Positions 38,823 through 48,640 of a stretch of 64,000 nt of DNA are shown here, piece by piece. Below the pieces are notes generated by a model, which ran no database searches, was not told where the DNA came from, and saw only the letters and a program-made list of their open reading frames with translations. Position 1 is the first letter of the stretch, and every line of letters begins with the position of its first letter. Source of the stretch: Bacteroidota bacterium (GTDB lineage: Bacteria; Bacteroidota; Bacteroidia; J057; JADKCL01); NCBI GenBank assembly GCA_031424495.1, contig JANPHP010000270.1:10929-74928 (forward strand), read 5' to 3'. A program made the position numbers and the translations under genes.

Positions 38823-39320
38823 ATGCCACCCTACCATTTCCAAACCCCTGAATTCGGGATATCCGACACAGGCATCCACCTGCTACGCGGTGGTTACAAC
38901 CATGAGACGATCCAATTTGCCGATGTGGCAACTGCCGAAATCAAACGCGGCAAAGAATTCAAGAATTGGCTGATTCTATTGGTGTTCTCCAACGGGGTGA
39001 TCGGCTTTGCGATTGTTTTTGCTTGGAGACTTTATCATTTTTTTCAATTGGAGTATGTATCGAGAATTTATGCGAGGGAATTCTTGGTGCCCGTAATCCC
39101 GCTATTGGTCGGCGGATATTGTCTCTACCTTTCCTTGCGCAACGGCGTCGTCTTGCGCATCGTGACCAACGATGGCAAAAACAAAATCTTCATGTTGCGG
39201 GATTTGGTGAAGGCCAATCAAATGCCGGCAGTCATTGCATTGCTGCGCAAACAACTGGATCGCAAATTTCAAGATCAGCTCGCGTCCGCAGGAAACAAAA
39301 CGACGAAATCGGTCGCTTGA
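38823..39320 (+). CDS. Hypothetical 2-TM membrane protein
   Basis: Two hydrophobic segments. Confidence 0.6.
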   Translation: MPPYHFQTPEFGISDTGIHLLRGGYNHETIQFADVATAEIKRGKEFKNWLILLVFSNGVIGFAIVFAWRLYHFFQLEYVSRIYAREFLVPVIPLLVGGYCLYLSLRNGVVLRIVTNDGKNKIFMLRDLVKANQMPAVIALLRKQLDRKFQDQLASAGNKTTKSVA

Positions 39321-39442
39321 AGGACCACTGAAAAATAAATTGTCCCGCCCTGCAACCAAGCCTCTCCCAGCAGCGTCTCATGCCCAAACGCCGCCGCATT
39401 GGCGACGGCTTCCATTTTCGATCCACGCAATTCGCAAGAAAA

Positions 39443-41365
39443 ATGAAACTACGCATTCGTCCTCCTTACCGCAGTGGCTTGTTTGCCTTCGCCCTGCTCA
39501 TCACCTTGTTGTACACAAGCTGCGCGCCCAAGGAGCCCAAGACGCCCCCACGCCCGATCCAACAATACACGATCGAGCAATTCTACAAAAACACCCAAAT
39601 CGGCGGGGGCGCATGGTCGCCCGACGCATCCAAGTTGCTGGTACACAGCAATGCCACGGGTATCTACAACCTCTATGAGATCAATGTGGCAGATGGCAAA
39701 ATGACGCAACTCACCCACAGCAAAGAGGAATCCTACCTCTCAGTTGGCTACCTGCCGAGCGGCGATGGCGTGCTCTACGCAGCCGACCAAGGCGGCAACG
39801 AGCTCGCCCACATCTACCTCTTGCGCGGCGACAGCAGCACCGACCTCACGCCCGGCGCCACCGAGCGTGCCGACTTCCTGAGCTGGAGCGCTGACCACAA
39901 GGCGATGTATTACATCAGCAACAAGCGCAATCCCGAGATGATGGACCTCTACAAAATGCAGCTCAGCGACTGGACATCCACCCTCATCTTTCAAAACGAC
40001 GAGGCCTACGAGGTCAATGAAATCTCATGGGATGAAAAAATCATCTCCCTCGCCAAGCCTGTGACCACAAGCGAAAACCAATTGTTTTTGCGGGATATTG
40101 CGTCTGGCAAAATGACCGAATTGAGCGACAGTACGGCGCGCGGCAGCGTCGTGGGAAGCGGATTCAGCAAGGATGGCGCACACTATTATTACCTCACCAA
40201 CGGCGGCACGGAATTCAATCATTTGGTCGAATATGACTTCGCCACAGGAACGAAAAAAACCATTTTTGAGGCCAAGTGGGATGTGCAATACAGCTACCTC
40301 AGCGAGCATGAAAAATACCGCGTGGTCGCCATCAATGAAGATGGCAAAAACGCACTCAAAGTCCTCGACAGCAAGACGATGCAAGCAGTCGAGTTCCCCG
40401 CAATCCCTGACGGTGACATCACCGCCGTGAATATCAGCGATGATGAAAAGTGGATGCGCCTCACCGTGGGCAGCTCCAAAGCCCCCGCCAATATTTATGC
40501 CTACAACTTCGCCACCAAGGAACTCAAAAAACTCACCAACACCCTCAATCCCGAGATCAATGCCGACGACTTGGTGACTGCCGAAGTCGTGCGCTTCAAG
40601 AGTTTTGATGGCTTGGAAATCCCAGCTATCTATTTCAAGCCCCTCATGGCCACGCCCGACAGCCTCTCCCCTGCCCTCGTGCTCGTGCACGGCGGCCCCG
40701 GCGGACAGTCGCGCATCGGCTACAACAATGCGCTCGTGCAATACCTTGTGAACCACGGCTACGCTGTGCTCGCCGTGAACAACCGCGGCAGCGGCGGCTA
40801 TGGCCGCAGCTTCAACCAAATGGACGACCGCAACCATGGCGACAAAGACCTCAAGGATTGCATCTGGGGCAAGAAATGGCTGCAATCTCAAAACTACATC
40901 GACAGCACCAAGATCGGCATCATCGGCGGCAGTTATGGAGGCTTCATGACCATGTGTGCCATGACCACAACGCCGGATGAATTCAAGGTCGGCGTCAATT
41001 TCTTTGGGGTCACCAATTGGCTGCGCACATTGCGGTCATTTCCGCCCTACTGGGCCTCTTTCAAGCAAGCGCTGTATGCCGAGATGGGCGATCCAAGCAC
41101 GGCAGACAGCGTGCGCCTGCGCAATATCTCCCCGCTCTTTCACGCCGACCAAGTCAAGCACCCCATCATGGTGCTCCAAGGCGCCAACGATCCCCGCGTG
41201 CTCAAGATCGAAAGCGATGAAATCGTGGCCGCCGTCCAGAAAAACAATGTCGTCGCCGAATATGACGTCTTCCCCGACGAAGGCCACGGCTTCCTCAAAA
41301 AAGAAAATGAGATCAAGGGTTATGCAGATGTGCTAAAGTTTCTGGACAAATACCTCAAGAATTAA
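39443..41365 (+). CDS. S9-family (prolyl oligopeptidase / acylaminoacyl) peptidase, lipoprotein
   Basis: Beta-propeller N-domain; HGGP, GGSYGG, D.RV, DEGHGF. Confidence 0.93.
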   Translation: MKLRIRPPYRSGLFAFALLITLLYTSCAPKEPKTPPRPIQQYTIEQFYKNTQIGGGAWSPDASKLLVHSNATGIYNLYEINVADGKMTQLTHSKEESYLSVGYLPSGDGVLYAADQGGNELAHIYLLRGDSSTDLTPGATERADFLSWSADHKAMYYISNKRNPEMMDLYKMQLSDWTSTLIFQNDEAYEVNEISWDEKIISLAKPVTTSENQLFLRDIASGKMTELSDSTARGSVVGSGFSKDGAHYYYLTNGGTEFNHLVEYDFATGTKKTIFEAKWDVQYSYLSEHEKYRVVAINEDGKNALKVLDSKTMQAVEFPAIPDGDITAVNISDDEKWMRLTVGSSKAPANIYAYNFATKELKKLTNTLNPEINADDLVTAEVVRFKSFDGLEIPAIYFKPLMATPDSLSPALVLVHGGPGGQSRIGYNNALVQYLVNHGYAVLAVNNRGSGGYGRSFNQMDDRNHGDKDLKDCIWGKKWLQSQNYIDSTKIGIIGGSYGGFMTMCAMTTTPDEFKVGVNFFGVTNWLRTLRSFPPYWASFKQALYAEMGDPSTADSVRLRNISPLFHADQVKHPIMVLQGANDPRVLKIESDEIVAAVQKNNVVAEYDVFPDEGHGFLKKENEIKGYADVLKFLDKYLKN

Positions 41366-41399
41366 CAGTGAATCCCGCATCGGGATCGCCTAAGGCAAT

Positions 41400-41501
41400 G
41401 ATGAATGATGCCTTTGCTTTGTGAAGGCATCATTCATCGTTCTCCAATATCATGTCCGATGAAAAATGCCTCCACTCCAGCAGGCATTTTTCATCGGACA
41501 T
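41400..41501. repeat. Two related tandem hairpins
   Basis: 15-bp stem at 41400-41438 and perfect 20-bp stem at 41452-41501, sharing GATGAAnnATGCCT. Confidence 0.75.
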
Positions 41502-41567
41502 TATTCATTGTAGTGTGTAACCATTCCTCCTCCAAGCATTTCAGCAATAAACCCACTCCCGAAAAAT

Positions 41568-42191
41568 ATGAAATACAGCATTACCCTCCTGATCTTGCTC
41601 GCTTGCACGCTCGCGCTCAGCGCCCAGTCCAAAAAGAATCTCAGTATGAAGTACATGCTGAGTGGCTACCTCTTTGCCGGGACTGTGCGTGAAGATACCA
41701 ATGCTTCAGGTGGATTTGCCGACAGCGACAATGTGCCCAAGAACCTCTCTAAGGGGTTCAAAACCAGTAAAACTGGCCTTTTCATCTACGTCGACACACT
41801 TTCTCACGCGACCTTCGCACAGAAATACAATGGCTATAAGCTCTTCATTGTGAACAAAACCGATGTCGAGGTTGGCATACCTGCCTCCGACGGCTGTTTG
41901 AATGCCGTTGCCGAGGCTTGGGTCGATGGCAAATGGCAGGCCGTCGAGTACTATCCCAGCAGTTGGTGTGGCAACAGCTACCACACCGTCTTTGCCAAGC
42001 CCAACCAATTTTGGGAATTTGTCGTGCCACAATATACCGGCGAGCTACCTACCAAAATACGGTACCGCCTGCAATTAAAAGGAAACAAATGCATCTATTC
42101 CAATGAATTCAGGGCAGGCATCAACCGCAAACAACTGGGCGAAAAACAAGAGCATGAATCGCAAGGGTTGATGGATCCATATACGGATTGA
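41568..42191 (+). CDS. Secreted hypothetical protein
   Basis: Signal peptide ending AQ; W..VEY...SWCGNSY, Y.G...T..R. Confidence 0.7.
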   Translation: MKYSITLLILLACTLALSAQSKKNLSMKYMLSGYLFAGTVREDTNASGGFADSDNVPKNLSKGFKTSKTGLFIYVDTLSHATFAQKYNGYKLFIVNKTDVEVGIPASDGCLNAVAEAWVDGKWQAVEYYPSSWCGNSYHTVFAKPNQFWEFVVPQYTGELPTKIRYRLQLKGNKCIYSNEFRAGINRKQLGEKQEHESQGLMDPYTD

Positions 42192-42226
42192 TGGGGGATG
42201 AACCATGTGCGGAACGGTGATATTTA

Positions 42227-42290
42227 TGTAAGCACGCCATGCGGCCAATTGTATTTTTGTAGGCACGCCATGCATGGCATGCCTACAAAA
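42227..42290. repeat. GTAG-type REP palindrome plus a partial upstream copy
   Basis: TTTTGTAGGCACGCCATG|CATGGCATGCCTACAAAA (1 mismatch); half copy TGTAAGCACGCCATGC at 42227. Confidence 0.7.
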
Positions 42291-42554
42291 TATTACCCCA
42301 AATGATCAATATCCCCGCACAAAATCATCAGACAACGTCGACATCGTCAATTTGCCCAAAGGGTTGTGCGGGTTGATTTGCGGCATTGTTTGCGACCGCC
42401 GCCTGAGACGTCATATCGATGGGCATGGGGCTCCCACTCGCTAAACCGGACGTGCATCAGCCCACGCCTCTTGTTGATGTCCTCGCTGTCAATTATCTTG
42501 CAGCCCCAAAGGAGCGTTTTTCATTCCTTTTTGAATCCGATTTGCAGTATCGCT

Positions 42555-44732
42555 ATGAAAAAGTTGCTTATGCTGCTGTGCTTGCTGTTCGCTTGCATTG
42601 CCCACCAAGCCCAAGTCAATACCGTCACCTATGCCGGCGGCAGCGGCAAGGAGACTTTTTACGATGTGATGCAAATCACCGACGGATCGTTTTTGGTTTC
42701 GGGATATGCTGAGGACCTCAATTGGATCCCCGCGAATGTGCCGCTGACGGTACTCACATATACCGGCAACATCCCCAATTCGCTGGGCACCAACCGCTTT
42801 GGATTCATCATGCAACTGTCGGAGGATATGTCGACGATCCTGAATGTCGCGCATTTCCCGCAGGGCGCCGTCGAGGACATCCGCTTCTTGAAGACGAATA
42901 CGCTCCCCTACCAAGGCACGGGCGATCTCTATATCAGCGCCTCTACGGCAGATACTTATGCGAATGACGGCGGCTATATCATCGCCAAGCTCGACCACAA
43001 TTTTGTGAACGGCGTGCCCACGACCCTCTCATGGTTCAAGATTGTCTGGGCGGAGGCGGGCCCCAAAGACACCCAACCTTGGGACGTGACGAGCAACGGC
43101 GAGGTCTATTATGTCTCCGGCCAAAACCATGCTGCCGATTGGAGCGCCATGTATTGCCTCGACAATATGGGTAACCGCAAGATCGTCCCCAATTGGCGCA
43201 CGCACTGGCTAACGGCAGGTGGCGAATGGAAAGGTACGCCTGCAAGCGCTGCGCCCAGCGCTGTGAATTACAGCGGCATCGCATTCAAGATCGGTGGCCG
43301 CTGCGAATTGCGTTCTTGGTCACAAACAGAGTTTGATGCCACGACCACCGACGGCAATGGCGGCACCCGCAAGGGCACTTGGCCCGCAGATTTCCTCTTC
43401 AGCACACCCTGTGATCCGCTTTCGCCGACCGCCAGTGGCGGCGGCTACAATGGCTATTCACCTGAGAGCTGCTGCCCAGTCTGGGGCGCAAGCTGCGTCG
43501 CCGTCGACAAGCGCAACAATTACATGTACCTCGGCATCAACTTTAAGAGTTATTCCAACCCTGCGAATTCGCCCGACTTTGAGCCGGCCGTGATCTGCTT
43601 TGATGAGACGGGAACGATGGTCTGGTGGAGCCGCCTCTACCATGAAATCACCCCTGCGGGCGATACCCTGTACAGCCTGCCCGACCAATATGTGGATGCG
43701 CTCGCCATCGACTATGCCCACGACAAGCTCGTCGTGGGTGCCCGCGCCCATGGCAACAATACCGAGAACCTCTGGGAGGGCAATACGATTGCCGCCAATC
43801 CGAGTGCCAAGGGCTTCCAAAACCAATTCACAGGCACCAATGGCAATATCCACGAGAGCTGGATCGGCAAGTTGCGCCTCAACGACGGCACCCTCACCAA
43901 CAGCACCTATATGGCGGAGCTGTTTGAGGGCACTGGTTCGCTCGGCACGCAGCATCCGGACCCCAACTTGGCAGGTTGGCCCGATCCCAACACGGGTTGG
44001 CCCAATGTGAACACGACCCGCTTGAGCAAAAACAATTTGAAAGTGAGCAGCACGGGCCAAGTGATCGTCGTCGGTGTGGGCCGCCGCACCATCACAACCG
44101 TCAATGCCTATCAGCGCAATATTTCGCCGTGGTCGACGGGGCTGGGCTGCTGGAACAATTTTGTGCGGATGTATGACCCGACGCTGGGCGTGCCCAAGTA
44201 CAGCTCGCTCATCGTGGGCGCGTGGGACACGCTCACGCAAGCCGGCGGCGACAATACAGAGATGTTTGCAGCCTACAAAACCTCCAAAGGCATCGTCTGC
44301 GTCGGCCGCCAAAAAGCCGCCAATGGCCTGCCCGTCGGCAACAACCTGCCCCTGAGCAACGTGCCCACATGGGGCACCAATGCCCCCAACAACGAAACCG
44401 CAGTGCTCATCTATTACCAAGACGACAGCCTGGAAAATGCGACGGATGTGATCACGGGCATCGCGCCCAGCGGTCCCTACACCGCGCAATATGCAGGCCG
44501 CTGCTACCCGAATCCAACGAAAGGGGAGGTGCAAATCATGCTGCCCTATGAGGTGGAGGCTTTTGACTTTGCGGTGTCGAATGTATTGGGGCAGGTCGTG
44601 CAATCGGGGCATCGTGCGCTTGGGGATGCTTTTAGGCACTTTGATCTTTCGGATGCTGTGGATGGGGTTTATTTTATTGCGGTGCGGAGTGAGCGTGGGA
44701 CTTGGGGGTATCGGGTTGTGAAGGGGGAGTGA
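42555..44732 (+). CDS. T9SS type-A cargo, probable beta-propeller of unknown function
   Basis: Signal peptide from the ATG at 42555; YPNPT...GVYFI...VVK CTD. Confidence 0.82.
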   Translation: MKKLLMLLCLLFACIAHQAQVNTVTYAGGSGKETFYDVMQITDGSFLVSGYAEDLNWIPANVPLTVLTYTGNIPNSLGTNRFGFIMQLSEDMSTILNVAHFPQGAVEDIRFLKTNTLPYQGTGDLYISASTADTYANDGGYIIAKLDHNFVNGVPTTLSWFKIVWAEAGPKDTQPWDVTSNGEVYYVSGQNHAADWSAMYCLDNMGNRKIVPNWRTHWLTAGGEWKGTPASAAPSAVNYSGIAFKIGGRCELRSWSQTEFDATTTDGNGGTRKGTWPADFLFSTPCDPLSPTASGGGYNGYSPESCCPVWGASCVAVDKRNNYMYLGINFKSYSNPANSPDFEPAVICFDETGTMVWWSRLYHEITPAGDTLYSLPDQYVDALAIDYAHDKLVVGARAHGNNTENLWEGNTIAANPSAKGFQNQFTGTNGNIHESWIGKLRLNDGTLTNSTYMAELFEGTGSLGTQHPDPNLAGWPDPNTGWPNVNTTRLSKNNLKVSSTGQVIVVGVGRRTITTVNAYQRNISPWSTGLGCWNNFVRMYDPTLGVPKYSSLIVGAWDTLTQAGGDNTEMFAAYKTSKGIVCVGRQKAANGLPVGNNLPLSNVPTWGTNAPNNETAVLIYYQDDSLENATDVITGIAPSGPYTAQYAGRCYPNPTKGEVQIMLPYEVEAFDFAVSNVLGQVVQSGHRALGDAFRHFDLSDAVDGVYFIAVRSERGTWGYRVVKGE

Positions 44733-44756
44733 ATGTTGTGAATTGAGATTGTGCGT

Positions 44757-44828
44757 AAAAACCGCAAAGGTCGCAAGGAACGCAGAGAACAATACATGCT
44801 CTGCGGCCTTTGCGACCTTTGCGGTTTT
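44757..44828. repeat. Inverted CGCAAAG-type nonamer repeat, probable bidirectional terminator
   Basis: AAAACCGCAAAGGTCGCAAGGAACGCAGAG ... CTCTGCGGCCTTTGCGACCTTTGCGGTTTT between convergent genes. Confidence 0.8.
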
Positions 44829-44875
44829 ATCTTGACGAGCCTCGCTTTTGGAATATTGCGATCCCCCGCCTCGCC

Positions 44876-45799
44876 CTACTTCAGCGCCGCAACCACCTGC
44901 TTCACAGCCTCCGCATTGCTCGTCGGCGTATAATTAAAACGCTTGTTGAATTTGCTGGAGTCGAAGACGTAGGCGCGGTCGTATTGGTAGCGCATTTCGT
45001 ACATCTCGCCGACGATGGGGATGAAGATGCCGAGCAATTTGATGCCCCAACTTGGGAGGACGCTGACTTTGTCTTTGCCGCCCATTTCGTTAGCGAAGAG
45101 CTTTACCCATTGCCTTGCGGTGATGGGCGTGGGGTCCACGGGCAGGTTCCAGATTTGGTTGAATGCGTCGGGCGTGTTGCCGAGCATGGCTGTGCCCTTG
45201 GCGAGGTCGGGCGTGTAGCCGGTCGTGTGCACAATATCGGCATTGCAAAACCATTGCGCTGCCTTGCCCTTGGCAATATTGTCATACACGAGGTTCATGA
45301 GCATGCTTTTGTCCTTGATCGGACCGAAGAAATCTGGGGCACGGGCAATGATGGCATTCAATTTACCTGCCTCAACATTCTCCAAAATATGACGGTCTAC
45401 CCAAGCCCGCACTTCCCCCTTTTTGGAGCTGGGACTGATGGGGGATGTCTCCGTAATATGCTTGACATTGTCGCCGCCGATGGCATAGACGTTGTCAAAA
45501 AAGACAAGCTTACTGTTGTGGGCGATGCAGGCTGCGACGACATCTTTGATGAGGGCAGGCCACCTTTCTTGCCAGAGTTTGGTCTTGTAGTCAAAGCCGA
45601 CGACGAGGTAACAAACCTCGCTGCCCGCCACGGCCTTGGAGACGCCTTCGGCTGTCGTGAGGTCGGCCGGAAAAAGGGTGTCGGTCGCATTGACCTTTTT
45701 GGGATTGCGGCCCACGAGACGAATGTCGGTGGTATAGGCTGTGAGCGCCTTGGCCAATTCAACGCCGATGGCGCCGCCAGCTCCTAAGATCGTATGCAT
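44876..45799 (-). CDS. NAD-dependent epimerase/dehydratase (atypical SDR)
   Basis: ILGAGGAIG Rossmann motif, DNVY, ARAPDFFG. Confidence 0.88.
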   Translation of the reverse strand: MHTILGAGGAIGVELAKALTAYTTDIRLVGRNPKKVNATDTLFPADLTTAEGVSKAVAGSEVCYLVVGFDYKTKLWQERWPALIKDVVAACIAHNSKLVFFDNVYAIGGDNVKHITETSPISPSSKKGEVRAWVDRHILENVEAGKLNAIIARAPDFFGPIKDKSMLMNLVYDNIAKGKAAQWFCNADIVHTTGYTPDLAKGTAMLGNTPDAFNQIWNLPVDPTPITARQWVKLFANEMGGKDKVSVLPSWGIKLLGIFIPIVGEMYEMRYQYDRAYVFDSSKFNKRFNYTPTSNAEAVKQVVAALK

Positions 45800-45896
45800 A
45801 GTGAATGCAGTTGAGGGTGAAAAGAGTGGAACTCAAGCCACGGTTATTTGTTTAGCAAGCGAAGCGCTTTGCGAAAAGCCGCATCGGCACGACGCG

Positions 45897-46307
45897 CTAG
45901 ACATTCAGCAACTCACCATTGATGATGTCAAACGTGAAGACGCCCTCAAAATCCTCCCAATGCTCCTGGATATAGAGGCTGTCGTTGAAATAATCCATTT
46001 CTTCGTCCTCGTCGCCATGCATCTCAAAGCGGGCCGTGCAGCTCGCTACCGCCGTCTTGAGGTCGGAGTCGCCTTTCAATATCTCGGCCATCTCCTTGGA
46101 CTCGGCCAAGACTGTCGGCGCATCGTTGTAGTGGATCGTGAATACATAATCTCCCAAGCTCAGCTTGAGCTGATTGCCATCGAGCTTGAGGTCAAACAGG
46201 TCGTCTGACTCGCTATACCAAGTATAGAGCTTGTCTTTCAATGCTTTCAAACTGGCGTCAGAGCCGGGGGCGATGAGCCCGAAATATTGATAATAGTTGT
46301 ATCCCAT
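45897..46307 (-). CDS. Acidic hypothetical protein
   Basis: 136-aa ORF from the ATG at 46307; D..MDYFND motif. Confidence 0.6.
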   Translation of the reverse strand: MGYNYYQYFGLIAPGSDASLKALKDKLYTWYSESDDLFDLKLDGNQLKLSLGDYVFTIHYNDAPTVLAESKEMAEILKGDSDLKTAVASCTARFEMHGDEDEEMDYFNDSLYIQEHWEDFEGVFTFDIINGELLNV

Positions 46308-46338
46308 TGGATGCGGATTGATATGAATTTCTTTCCTT

Positions 46339-46782
46339 TTAGGTCGTGGCATTCGTCGCCTTTCCAAAGCTCAAATGTAGAAACAAGAGTGTTACGACCA
46401 AACAAACGATGGCAGGAATGATGGATGCGAGTGTTTTGTACAATGCATTCCCCAGTGGTGAATCGGATGAGCGGACGTCCATGAAGGTAAACACGACATG
46501 GGCTCCGCAGATGAGCCGCGCGAGCCATACTTGGGCCTTGCCCTCGGTGACCCACATGCCCATGCCGCCGATGAGCAGTCCCAAAATGAGCATCTCGACA
46601 TACACCCAAAGGATTGCATCGAAGTAATGGGGCGAATCCAATTGCAGCTGCGGCACCTCGTAACCAGCCATGGCCGTCATGAGTCCCTGCGCAAAGAGGC
46701 CGCCTGTGAGGAAAATGTACAAGCCGCAAACGATCAAGCAGCTCGCCTTGAAACTGGGGAGGAAGGAAATGGGCTTTTTCAT
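46339..46782 (-). CDS. Hypothetical 4-TM membrane protein
   Basis: Hydrophobic segments; SDS.LGN.LY. Confidence 0.65.
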   Translation of the reverse strand: MKKPISFLPSFKASCLIVCGLYIFLTGGLFAQGLMTAMAGYEVPQLQLDSPHYFDAILWVYVEMLILGLLIGGMGMWVTEGKAQVWLARLICGAHVVFTFMDVRSSDSPLGNALYKTLASIIPAIVCLVVTLLFLHLSFGKATNATT

Positions 46783-46911
46783 GGGTGCAAAATCATCGTT
46801 GCGGGGATACAATTCGACTATCTTAAGCAACCAATTTAAGAAAAATGCAACTCCCTACATTTCCCCACCCAAAAATGGAAAAAGGCCGATCTTTGTTGCG
46901 CATCAATATCA

Positions 46912-47481
46912 ATGCTGCATCAACCCATCATGGAATGCACCTATCATACCCCCACCATCTGGACCATCGAAGACTTCTTGTCCCCAGCCGAATGCGACGA
47001 AATGCTGCTCTTCAGTGAAAAAATTGGCTACCAAGAGGCGGAGGTGAGCCTGCCCGGCGGCGCCAAGATGATGAAGGGCCTGCGCAACAACGATCGTTTG
47101 CTCTATACCGACCAGGATCTCGCCAACCGGCTCTGGGCCAAGCTGCAGGCCTTTTGCCCTGCCCAAATCGAAGATGCATTGGCGACCGGGTTGAATGAGC
47201 AATTCAGGTTTTACAAGTATGAGGACAGCCAGCGTTTCAAGCGACATATCGACGGCAGGTTTAGGCGAAATGCGTTGGAGCAAAGCCGCATCACCTTTAT
47301 GATCTACCTGAATGAAGATTTTGAAGGCGGCGAAACGGCATTTGACACGGTCAGCATCCGCCCACAGACGGGCATGGCGCTTTGTTTCATCCACGAGCAA
47401 AAACATGAAGGTTGTCCCGTCTTGAGTGGCACCAAGTATGTATTGCGCTCAGATGTGATGTATCGCCGCGCGGAGGGGTGA
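46912..47481 (+). CDS. 2OG-Fe(II) oxygenase (prolyl-4-hydroxylase-like)
   Basis: HxD (RHIDG), YLNE.F.GGET.F, HEG..V..G.KY.LR. Confidence 0.9.
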   Translation: MLHQPIMECTYHTPTIWTIEDFLSPAECDEMLLFSEKIGYQEAEVSLPGGAKMMKGLRNNDRLLYTDQDLANRLWAKLQAFCPAQIEDALATGLNEQFRFYKYEDSQRFKRHIDGRFRRNALEQSRITFMIYLNEDFEGGETAFDTVSIRPQTGMALCFIHEQKHEGCPVLSGTKYVLRSDVMYRRAEG

Positions 47482-47497
47482 TGGCGCTCAGCCCCAG

Positions 47498-48490
47498 TCA
47501 CTTGAGAAACACACGCGAAAATTGCTGGGCGCCATCATCGCCGCGCAAGAGGTAGATGCCTGGCGCCAAGGTCGATACATCGACTGTGGCGGTGCTTGCT
47601 TCGACCGGCGTGGCGAGCTGCCGTCCCCAAGCATCCCACACCGTGAGCTGCCATTGCGCGTTGGGCATTCCTTTGAAATCGACATGCAAGGAATTCGTGG
47701 CAGGATTGGGGAATATGCTGATCGCAGCTTCCAATGCTGGCGCGACAGCCGTCGCGGTGCAATTTTTCACAGCATCAAACAGGGTCTGCAAAGTATCGAT
47801 GGGCTCGATTCCAGCACCGCTGTGCGTCTTGACGGATACGAGAAACGAGGGCGCACCGTCGGGATCGGTTGGCTGGGAGACCTTGACAAATGCAAAAAGG
47901 GACGAACTGCCGTTGCTCGTGCAGCGGGTGTCGGCGCCGACCATGTTGGCGCCTTGCATGGCTGCCATGAGTTTGCAGGACAGATCGCCCGTGGCGGCGT
48001 TGAAGCGGGCCTCCATCGAGTCGAGCACGATGGCGCCGAGGAGGATATTGCCTTGGATGCTATAGTTGGGGCCGACGCGATGGCCCTTAAAATCGTTGGT
48101 GCTCACGCCCGTGTGAGCGGCGGCCTGCGGGCTGCCGTTCACCAGCCCGACGACGCCATATTGCCGGATGTTGGGATTGCCTTGGATATCGTTGGCTACC
48201 AGCCAATCGATGACCTGCTGCGGGCTGTCACCGCCCACCATGCGGGTACGCGCATTGGTTTGGTTGCCTGCAAGGTAATAGGCCTGCGTATTGATCGCGC
48301 CAACACCAGGTATCAAATCGCCCAGAAAATGGTTGGAATAGCCGGTGCCAAACAAATCCACGCAAGAAGCTCCGGCACTGCCGACCTCGCCCGTCATGGA
48401 GTCGACGGCGACGATGGAAAAAGTGTCTTGGGCCACCGAAGGCATCCAACAGGACAGGCACAAGCAGACGATAAACAATGCGCGATTCAT
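47498..48490 (-). CDS. DUF1028 (Ntn-hydrolase-like) protein with T9SS CTD
   Basis: TFSIVAVD after the signal peptide, G...TQA, RQYG, QGN.L; FPNPA...GIYL CTD. Confidence 0.85.
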   Translation of the reverse strand: MNRALFIVCLCLSCWMPSVAQDTFSIVAVDSMTGEVGSAGASCVDLFGTGYSNHFLGDLIPGVGAINTQAYYLAGNQTNARTRMVGGDSPQQVIDWLVANDIQGNPNIRQYGVVGLVNGSPQAAAHTGVSTNDFKGHRVGPNYSIQGNILLGAIVLDSMEARFNAATGDLSCKLMAAMQGANMVGADTRCTSNGSSSLFAFVKVSQPTDPDGAPSFLVSVKTHSGAGIEPIDTLQTLFDAVKNCTATAVAPALEAAISIFPNPATNSLHVDFKGMPNAQWQLTVWDAWGRQLATPVEASTATVDVSTLAPGIYLLRGDDGAQQFSRVFLK

Positions 48491-48640
48491 CGATTTTTTT
48501 GATGGAAAGATAGGCAAAATGAATGGCTAGAAAAATGGGCCCTCAGCAAATTTGGGCGAAATGCGGCATTGAAATACAAAACCACTGCATTCCTTTTGCG
48601 CCAATCTCACGCAACGAGACGCGCAATTACCCGAGATCGT

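Noticed and set aside
43458..44792. 444-aa minus-strand ORF
   Set aside because: Antisense shadow of the T9SS cargo gene, with no recognisable motifs
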